Part shown: positions 25,048 to 34,344 of the stretch, piece after piece
How the letters are laid out: every line of letters begins with the position of its first letter
Numbering within the stretch: position 1 is the first letter of the stretch
NCBI GenBank assembly: GCA_002269645.1
Contig: NIVC01000934.1
Coordinates: forward strand, 186,001 to 250,000
Origin: Macrostomum lignano
Taxonomy: Eukaryota
Direction: 5' to 3'
Length of the DNA stretch: 64,000 nt
The notes under the pieces: model-generated
What the model was told of the DNA's origin: nothing
Databases searched by the model: none
Seen by the model: only the letters and a program-made list of their open reading frames with translations
Translations under genes and position numbers: made by a program

Positions 25048-26290
25048 TCAACTCCGATCAGCCGGAGCTTCGGTGCCACGGCTTGCCGGGGCAAGATTCG
25101 CCATCGGGATCGGCGTTCTCCGACTGACAGCTGCTGACGCCGTGTTTCGGCGCCGGGACTGACAAGGGTTCCCAGACTGGAGCTCGGGAACACCGTAGGA
25201 TGAGCATCTTCTCCTCGGGCCATCGCCACCGCCGCGGCAGTGTAGCAGCTCCTTGGCGGCCTGCTTGAACTGTGCGTTGCGGGACAGCAGCACGAAGACG
25301 CTGACGCACTGGTTCACCAGGGCCAGGCAAATGAAGTCGTAGTTCAGATTCCCAATCACGGAGATACGACTCAAATCTCCGTTGCGGCCGAGATTGTCGA
25401 AGGCGAATTCCAGCATCGGCCTGGCAACAATCAGCGGTGCGTGCAGCGCCAGGTACGCGCACCCGATGATGAGCACCACCACAGTGCCGCTCGTGGCCGC
25501 GCCCCTGGCCTGCTGCTGGCTGGAGGTCAGGGAGCGCCGAACTTTGAGCGCAGAGCTGACCTTGTAGATCAACAGCAAGTCCAGCAGCAGAATGATGAAG
25601 ATGAACACTGTCGGAGGATAGGAGACGATCAGCTGTAGAACAGCATGAACTCACGGGCATGCGGAACCGTGTAGCAGTAGATGAGCGCGGTGCGAGGAAA
25701 ATAGACGTATTGGTGGCCTGTCAGCAGACTGCTTGGCAATGCGATGAGCACCGTGCCGAGCAGGCTGAGCAGCAGGGCTCCTCCAGCCCAGCGCCGGCCA
25801 ACCTGCTTCATGGCCAGCGGCCGCAGCACCACCAGCACCCTGTCGCTGACCAGCACCAGGAGCCACAGGCAGGTCAGCACCTGCAGTACATTTGTTACTC
25901 CTCGCGCAGCTCTGCAGCCGGCATCGCTCAGGTTGTAGAGCATAAAGGACACTCGACCTCTGGTCAGCCACGGCAGGCCCTTGTTCAGCAGACCGTTGAA
26001 TGTGCCGTTGAAAATCAGCGATATCAGGTCCGCGATGGCGATGCAGCCGAGGTACAGGTTCTGCCTGGTGAGCGGTCTCAGCCGAGCCAGCATGTTGTGG
26101 GCTACGAGCAGGTTGCCCAGGACTCCAATGAGCAGCAGCAGCGGTACGAGCACAGCTGACAAGGCTCCAGATACGATGGACAAGGCGCAATTGAGCGTCC
26201 GGGAGGCCTGTCCGCTGTCGCAATCTGCCATCATTCTCATTCCCGCCTCTAGGAACCGCGTCCGCAGCTCGCATTGCTGCCGTCAGTCAT
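25048..26290 (-). pseudogene. GPCR paralog (GPCR2, ~414 aa if repaired) with two 1-bp deletions (~26266 and ~25632); pseudogene or assembly error
   Basis: Colinear with GPCR1. CCACC-ATG start at 26290. Adding one C at each site gives a 1245-nt open frame. Confidence 0.8.
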
Positions 26291-26834
26291 GGTGGAAGCG
26301 GTTCTGCCCTGTGCTCTGGCTGGCGAACTCAACTCTATTTACTGGGGTTACTCGTCATCTTTTCGTGGAATTGTCCCGCCAATCATGAGGCAACTCGCAC
26401 AGTGGGTTTGTTGGGAGTTCAGGGCCTCAATGGTAGGATTGAAAACCCCTAATGACTATAGGAGCGTATCGGTAAGGCAAATAAAATGAATTATCTAACA
26501 ATAAAAAGGTACTTTACCGGGCAACTTCAGCCAGATTACCGAGCTGCAGAATTACGCGATGAGGCAAAAACACTCCGTGTTTTGTGACACTCCGTGTTTG
26601 GCCCCTTGCAAATGAAAGGTTGTGCAATTTTGGGTTGTAGGATTTACAAGTTGGATTTTAGATTATATGAAATTTCGGGTTCATGGAATTTAGGGGAAGA
26701 GAAAAATGTTGGCATTAGGGGTTTTGAAAAATAGGGGGTTGTGTAGGCACCCTATTACGCAATATGCAGCACCTCGTATAGAGGCTCCTTTGTAAAAAGA
26801 TAGCAGTTGGATCAGAGTATATCTGACAATAAGC

Positions 26835-27135
26835 ATGACATCACTGTCAAGGTTATCATGTCACGACATCACTGTCAAGGTTATCATGTCACAACATCAC
26901 TGTCAAGGTTTATCATGTTATGACATCACTGTCAAGGTTATCATGTCACGGCATCAATGTCAAGGTTATCATGTCACGGCATCAATGTCAAGGTTATCAT
27001 GTCACGGCATCAATGTCAAGGTTATCATGTCACGGCATCAATGTCAAGGTTATCATGTCACGACATCACTGTCAAGGTTTATCATGTCACGACATCACTG
27101 TCAAGGTTATCATGTCACGACATCACTGTCAAGGT
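26835..27135. repeat. Minisatellite, 28-bp unit (CATGTCACGACATCACTGTCAAGGTTAT)
   Basis: About 10-11 tandem units. Confidence 0.95.
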
Positions 27136-28084
27136 TCTATTTGGGGATATCGGTTCGAGCAGGAAAGGGTGGGAAAAATGAAAAAGTTGGAATTCAGCTA
27201 CACTGAGATGCATCCAAAAACAGACATTGAATATTTCCAGATTTATGAAGACAATGCGCGGAGAAGGGTCGGTTCTGCATTTCTGAGCTGCCATGTAACA
27301 GGTCCTTGGACCGAGAATGATACGCAGAGCATATCCGCACAGGTGAGTCAGAACGCATTAAATATAAACATTTTGTACAGGGATCTGAATGGCAATAATG
27401 CTATGCTGACAGGAAAGACATTGTCAAGATCATCGAGATTCAAGGTTCATCGTTTGGTCTTGTTACAGTCGAACCGTGCGGTGGTGCTTTGAAATGATGT
27501 AGGGGCATGAAGGTATCACATACTGCGAGCTCAAGGACCAGCAGCTGCCTGAAACTTTGACTGCATGCCGCCTCTGCTGAGCGCAGCTTTCCAACACACT
27601 TTTCGAATGCTACCATTGCTGTATGACGAAGAACCCGACCGAACTAATGGATGCGGCTTCATCAGTAAGGCCGCCTATTACTCCTTAAAACAGGGGGGGG
27701 GGGGATAGCTGCCCATGCCTGGTACTTTATGTCGCTTCAAAAGTACCTGAACTGACAAATAGCAAACACTTCTTACCTGCGTAACCTGTCTCTTTTATCT
27801 CTCATGTGCCTGCAAGAGAGCTCTCTGGACTCCGCTTTTAGATAGGCGGACTTCAGATATAGGAAGCTCTCAGCTTTGTTGGCCTTATTATGAGCTATCT
27901 CAGCTTATATTTGCAGACTGCCAGAATACGCATGGACAATAATGTGTTTTTGTACTGGCATCTTCACAGATTCACAAGTCCACCAAGTGTTCCAGCTCGT
28001 AATATATTCTTGAATTTCGCATGCTTGCGTTGCTCTGTTCTGATAGCACAGCAGACATTTTGCATTTTGCTTCAACTGTCAAGC

Positions 28085-28350
28085 TGAAGTTCTATTGGCT
28101 CTTCTGGCACCTCTGTTACCTCTAGCACTTCCGGTACTTCTGGCATTTCTGGTGCTTCTGGTGCCTCTGGTACTTCTGCAGCTTCTGATATTTCTTGTAC
28201 TTCTGATATTTCTTGTACTTCTGATATTTCTTGTACTTCTGATATTTCTTGTACTTCTGATATTTCTTGTACTTCTGATATTTCTTGTACTTCTGATATT
28301 TCTGGTACTTCTGGCACTTCTGGCACTTCTGGCTCTTCTGGTACTGCTGG
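28085..28350. repeat. 9/18-bp tandem repeat (ACTTCTGG(C/T) / TACTTCTGATATTTCTTG)
   Basis: Visible; flanks are homologous to those of the 31070-31860 array. Confidence 0.9.
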
Positions 28351-29609
28351 CACTCCTACTGTTAAAGCGCCATTTTGTAGCTCAAAAGACACAAACGTAA
28401 AATGCAGAGCTCCTGGTTACGAGTATTTTCATTTAGTTTAAAAGTTTATTTGATTCATTTTGTGGTGTCTGGCCTGTTGAGTGCTCTTGCACTTTTTGAG
28501 TTTTTTTCCGTGCGCCCTAGGCGGCCATCCCCGGACCAGTTCTGGCTGCCCAACCAGGCAGAACTGGTTGGGGGTCGCCCGGCACGGCTTGTGTCTTTCC
28601 CCGCGGCGGCCTCTGATTGGCTGGGCCTGTGAGTTTGCGCTTTTCGCTCTAGCCCCCATTCAGTCAGATCTGCTCGGCGGGCACGCTGATTGGCTGAGAG
28701 GTCATTTCTTTTGTTTGGCGTTTCTCTCTTTCACACTGTCTGCCCCTCTACGCTGTTTCAAGCGAGCCGTGTCTAGACGGTCTCTTACTGCGAAGACTGT
28801 TAATTTTGCATGCGATACTCAAGCGAGCCGTGTCTAGACGGTCTCTTACTGCAAAGACTCAATTTATTGCATGCCAAGTGGCCAAGTGGTCAAGTGCTAG
28901 CGATATTCAAACGAGCTTCACAGCTTCTGGCACCGGTAAGACCCCAAGTTCATTTACTTCTTTAGCTTTTCTGAGGCCTTGCCGTAGCAGTGGTTCCATA
29001 GCTAGAGCGTCATCACGCCTGCGACTGTGACCACTGCAGCACAGCAGCGTTGTATAATTATTGTAGTACTGTACCGGTTACTTTATATAGTGTGTACAAC
29101 CTACAGTATCGAAACTAGAAGCACTCGAGAGTGTCACCACACCTCGAGCTGCAGCGTGAACTCGGAGTGTCACAACACTAGATGGAGCGACCCATTATCG
29201 CAGAGCGTCGCCACGCCTGCTCGTATCCATACAAGTACCAGACAGAGCGTCACTACGCCTGTTATATTACGTATAACATATTGTACCTGGGACTGGGCAC
29301 TCAAACCGACCCGGGTTACGACAATTGGATGTGCTTGCCACTTTGCAGAAGTACTTTTATATCTGTTAACTGTTGTCACGACTAGTCAAGAACAGTCGAG
29401 GATTAGGGATTTAGGTCGGGATTCCGTCCGAGCACTATCATAGGACGGATACTAATGTATACCAGATGAACTTAGAGCACGCATTAGGCATATTTAGCAG
29501 AACACTGACATTCACCGAGATTTAAAAGCTAAGTTTGAGATGCTAAATCTGAATATTGCTTATTATTGTTAAATAATATTTGCCAAAAAGTTCAGAAAAA
29601 TGCCACAGC

Positions 29610-30438
29610 TCAGATGCCAATTAGAAGAGCCAGCAGAGCGCACAGGCAGTCAATGATGGATGGACAGCAGAATGAGACAGAAGTGCAGGACTTGCCACGG
29701 CCTCGTCCAGAGGACACCGGCGTCATCAGGATTCCCGATGGCATCGAGCACAACTCCAGCGGTGCTGAAGCTGCGGAGCTCGATGCAGCAGCCCCAGAAG
29801 GAGAACGGAACGCGGAACAGAAAGGCGAATATGGCGAGCAAAAGTGCGCAGGCGGATGGTAGCAGCAGCTTGATGAGGCTTCCTAGTGGGACAAATTTCT
29901 TGAAGGCGTAGAGATACTGGGTTCGGAGAGCGTTCAGTGGGATATTGTGCAGCAGCGAGATGAGCAGGCTGAGCAGCAGGGCGCTGCGGCCAGCCCGGAT
30001 TCTCTTTAGCTGTTGATCCGAGAGTCGCTTTCGTCTGCGGCCGGTCTGGACTCTCCTGTTGCTGATCCGTAAGTCGCTTTTGTCTGCAAATTTACTGCTT
30101 CAGGGTAATGGAAGAGTTCAATGTAACAGAGCTCAATTTAAAGGCAGCTAACCTTCTTCGCGAACGGTAGTTACACAGCAGCAGGAGGTGCTGAACACAA
30201 TCAGTACGCCTAGGAGCAGAATGCCAGCAATCACTACAAACAGAATGTACAGCGGTTGCAGATGGCTGATCTTGGCGGTGCAGTCTCTGTCAGAGCAGGA
30301 GCAGTGAGATGTCGACAGGTACAAAATCATGACACCTGGAAGGATCAGCCAGCTGCCCAATCGTTTTTGAAAGGATTCAGCGTTGCGGCCTTCAATAGCA
30401 GCTTCGATTGCTCCAGGTATTTCGGCGGCCACTTCCAT
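29610..30438 (-). pseudogene. Multi-pass membrane protein paralog A (exons 30438-30153, 30083-29650), probably decaying
   Basis: Near-identical to paralog B but with a 75-bp in-frame deletion in exon 1 and a 4-bp TGGA duplication (29657-29664) causing a premature stop; the ancestral stop is at 29610-29612. Confidence 0.75.
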
Positions 30439-31069
30439 GATAAATTGAATTTCTTGGTCCGACCGGGCGTAGCTTGGTTGGGTGTTAAAATCAGTGGGTC
30501 TCGGCTCTTGTGGCCCTTATGTAATGCGGGGCGGGCTGCCTCTGACCCGCCAAGTGTGATCGATATTTTCAGTTAGTTCCTAGTTCCTAGATAATCCAGC
30601 CCGTTCTCTTATGAACTACGGAGCTTAGGCATGCATGTCCGAAACGCTATTTTTAGGCACTGCGTTCGGTTTCTCTGTTAACCGCCGATTTCGGAAGTTG
30701 AACCGGGCTCAGCTGCGTACAGCTGGCTAATACGGAACTACGTGTGTGCAGCAGTTGTGCGAAAATATTTCGGCGACTATCTTTTTCCAAAAAAATTTCA
30801 CTAGTCTTTACCAACTAATAGCCAGGGTTGCATTATAAATATATATAATACCGGCTTATCGAGAAAGTATCCATTTTACTAAATTATTATTTTATCCGTA
30901 CTCACCGACGATTCGAGATTAAGAAAGTGTCATGCTGCTGCCAGTAGAAGCTGCCATTTGCTCAATAATTTAAAAAGCCAGACTGACTATAAGGCACAGC
31001 TTAAAGCTGATGGGGTTTTGCAGTGTCCACGGAGCCAGCAACTTCAACTGTCAAGCTGAAGTTCTATTG

Positions 31070-31860
31070 GCACTTCTGGCCCTTTTGGCACCTCTGGTTT
31101 ACTGGTTACTTCTGGCACTTCTGGTACCTCTGGAACCTTTTGGTACTTCTGATTACTTCTGGCACTGCTGGCACTCGCACTCCTTTGGTACTTCTGGTTA
31201 CTTCTGGTTTCTTCTTCTGGTTTCTTCTGGTTTCTTCTGGTTACTTCTGGTTACTTCTGGTTTCTTCTTCTGGTTTCTTCTGGTTTCTTCTGGTTTCTTC
31301 TGGTTACTTCTGGTTACTTCTGGTTACTTCTGGTTTCTTCTGGTTACTTCTGGTTACTTCTGGTTTCTTCTTCTGGTTTCTTCTGGTTTCTTCTGGTTTC
31401 TTCTGGTTACTTCTGGTTACTTCTGGTTACTTCTGGTTACTTCTGGTTACTTCTGGTTACTTCTGGTTACTTCTGGTTACTTCTGGTTTCTTCTTCTGGT
31501 TTCTTCTGGTTTCTTCTGGTTTCTTCTGGTTACTTCTGGTTACTTCTGGTTACTTCTGGTTACTTCTGGTTACTTCTGGTTACTTCTGGTTACTTCTGGC
31601 ACTCCTTTGGTACTTCTGGCACTTCTGGTACCTCTGGAACCTTTTGGTACTTCTGATTACTTCTGGCACTGCTGGCACTCCTTTGGTACTTCTGGTTACT
31701 TCTAGTTACTTCTGGTTTCTTCTGGTTACTTCTAGTTACTTCTGGTTTCTTCTGGTTACTTCTGGTTTCTTCTGGTTACTTCTGGTTACTTCTGGTTACT
31801 TCTGGCACTTCAAGTACCTTTGGTACTTCTGGCACTTCGTGGTACAATACTTCCGGTACT
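31070..31860. repeat. Complex 9-13 bp tandem repeat (TACTTCTGGT / TTCTTCTGGT)
   Basis: Visible. Confidence 0.95.
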
Positions 31861-32194
31861 CCTACTGTTGAAGCGCCATTTTTTAGCTCAAAAGACACAA
31901 AGATAAAGTTTTGCACAGGCAGAGCCTTGATTAGGAGTATTTTCGTTTCATTTGATGCGTGTGCCATTGTGCATAAGTAGTTATTATTTATATCACTTTT
32001 TAGCAACTTTACTTGAAGGAAAGGTGCTGTCACGACTAGTTAAGAACAATCGGGGATTTGGGTCGGGATCTCCTCCGAGCAACTATGGAATTTTAGGTTC
32101 GCATGAAGTCGTGAGTAACAAAATAGTGGCATTCACAGTGATTTAAGAGCTAAGTTTGATTTACTGAATCTGAATATTGCTGGTAATCTTGAAA

Positions 32195-32412
32195 TAAATG
32201 AGAGAACAAAAATTAACTTGTTTTTATTTACTTTAATTCAATTGCCAATGCATTTCGACCCTTGTAGGTCATCGTCAGGGCAGTAGTGAAATTGAAAATT
32301 TTAATAAACAGTTGAATAAATATACCTGTAATAAGTTGATTACACAATATAAATTAATGTACGTAGTTTTCAATCGAAACAAGTTAACACACGGTGCGAG
32401 CAACTCTACCAG
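32195..32412 (-). mobile_element. 218-bp Penelope-like retroelement 3' fragment
   Basis: Absent at the homologous site of unit 1; flanked by 10-bp direct repeats AATCTTGAAA (32185-32194, 32413-32422); contains a hammerhead followed by AATAAA. Confidence 0.75.
32243..32282 (-). ncRNA. Minimal type I hammerhead ribozyme
   Basis: TGCC-CTGACGA-T-GACC(TACAAG)GGTC-GAAA-TGCA-TT-GGCA: intact core, 4-bp stem II, palindromic minimal stem III, AUU cleavage triplet, 4-bp stem I. Confidence 0.82.
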
Positions 32413-32450
32413 AATCTTGAAAGAATCTTTAAGTTCAGAGAACTGCAACC

Positions 32451-33348
32451 TCAGATGCCAATTACAAGAGGCAGCAGAGCGCACAGGCAGTCAATAATGG
32501 ACAGCAGGATGAGGCAGAAGTGCAGGACGCGCCACGGCCTCGACAGCAGGACATTGTCATCAGGATTCCCGATTGCAGCCCGCACCACTCCAGCGGTGCT
32601 GAAGTCGCGGAGGTCGCTGCAGCGGCCCCAAAAGGAGAACGGAACGCGGAACAGAAAGGCGAATATGGCGAGCAAAAGTGCGCAGACGGATGGTAGCAGC
32701 AGCTTGATGAGGCCTCTTAGTGGGATAAATTTCTTGAAGGCGTAGAGATACTGGGCTCGCAGAGCGTTCAGCGGGACAGTGTGCAGCAGCGAGATTAGCA
32801 GGCTGAGCAGCAGGGCGCTGCTGCCAGCCCGGATTCTCTTTAGCTGTTGATCCTTGAGTCGCTTTCGTCTGCGGCCGGGCTGGACTCTCCTGTTGCTGAT
32901 CCGTAAGTCGCTTTTGTCTGCAAATTTACTGCTTCAGGGTAATAGAAGAATTTAATGTAACAAAGCTCAAATTAAAAGGCAGCTAACCTTCTTCGCGAAC
33001 GGTAGTTACACAGCAGCAGGAGGTGCTGAACACAATCAGTACGCCTAGGAGCAGAATGCCAGCAACCACAACAAACACAATGTACAGCGGTTTCAGATGG
33101 CTGATCTTGGCGGTGCAGTCTCTGTCAGAGCAGGAGCAGTGAGATATCAGCTGCTCAGGACACGTTACGTTAAAGGTCAACGTCTGTAGCTCCGAGGCAG
33201 CGGTGCAATCTAGCACGAACTGCGACAGGTACAAAATCATGGCACTTGGAAGGATCAGCCAGCTGAACAATCGTTTCTGAAAGGATTCAGCGTTGCCATC
33301 TTCAACAGCAGTTTCGATTGCTTCGGGTATTTTGGCTGCCACTTCCAT
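32451..33348 (-). CDS. Unrecognised ~5-TM membrane protein, paralog B (275 aa; exons 33348-32988, 32917-32451)
   Basis: 70-bp phase-1 GT-AG intron joins two ORFs in frame; conserved among four paralogs. Confidence 0.82.
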
Positions 33349-34344
33349 GATGAATTGAATTTCTATTTCAGTGATAACTGAACTGCGGTTTAATAAATTC
33401 ACTAAAGAGTTATCAGTTAGTTTCTAGGTAATCCAACCCGTTCCCATTATAAATTATAGAGCTTAAGGCATGTAAGTCCGGCCTCCGTACAGCTATTTTT
33501 AGGTATTGCGTTTGGTTTCTCTGTCAACCGCCGATTTCCGGAGTTGAAGCCGGCATCAACTGCGTACAGCTGGCAAGCATTGAACTAAGCGTGCATGTTT
33601 TGCGCGCAAGTCTTTCTGCGACTGTCTTTTTCCAAGAAATTTCACTGGTTTTCTTTATCTGGTGACTAGGATTGTATTATACATGTATACGGGCTAAAAT
33701 GTGCAAGTTATCCAGAAATTATCTGTCCAAGTAAATTATAGTTTTATCAGTATTCAACGATTCGAGATAAAGTACGAGCTAAGTGTTGTGCATTTAGACA
33801 GTAGGAATAGCCTGTGCCAAAGGGGTTTTGCTCTTTTATTTAATAAGCTGCACTGACTATAAGGCACCGCTTAAGCCTCAGTTGCGCACGGCAGTTTTTT
33901 CCGTTGCGGCTGGGTGTCAGATGCTGCAAGTCAGTCGATTTGTTCCGACACACGGCGGCTGTAAAACCCGCTGGTTGGCTATGCAAAATTCTATTTGCCT
34001 GCCCGTTTTGCCAGGCACAATGGCAAGAGTTGAAATTAATTAGCTCCTTATTAATGCATCCTACCAGCCCTGCCGAAAGCTCATGCGCGCAGAGACGTTG
34101 AATGCACAGTACGAGCTAAATTGTCCACCAAGATGCACATGCCAACTTCGGAGGCAGATGTTAAGGGTTACGGCCAGAAATAGCTGAACTAACCTGAAAT
34201 GCGACAGTGCTTGCTTTTTCTCTCGCCGAAAATATACAAATAAACACCCCTGTTTAGCTTAAAGTGTTTTTATAAAAGCAGCTCAGCTCATAACTCAGCT
34301 CAAATTTTTTTCTTGTCAAAACTCTACAAACTTGTCGAGACTCG

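Noticed and set aside
27628-27675. Second hammerhead (minus strand CTGATGAAGCCG...CGGT)
   Set aside because: The GAAA core after stem II is missing.
28072-28392. Glu/Pro-rich (PEV/EISEVQ) ORF as a real gene
   Set aside because: The homologous array in unit 2 expanded with a 10-bp unit that breaks the frame, so there is no sign of coding constraint.
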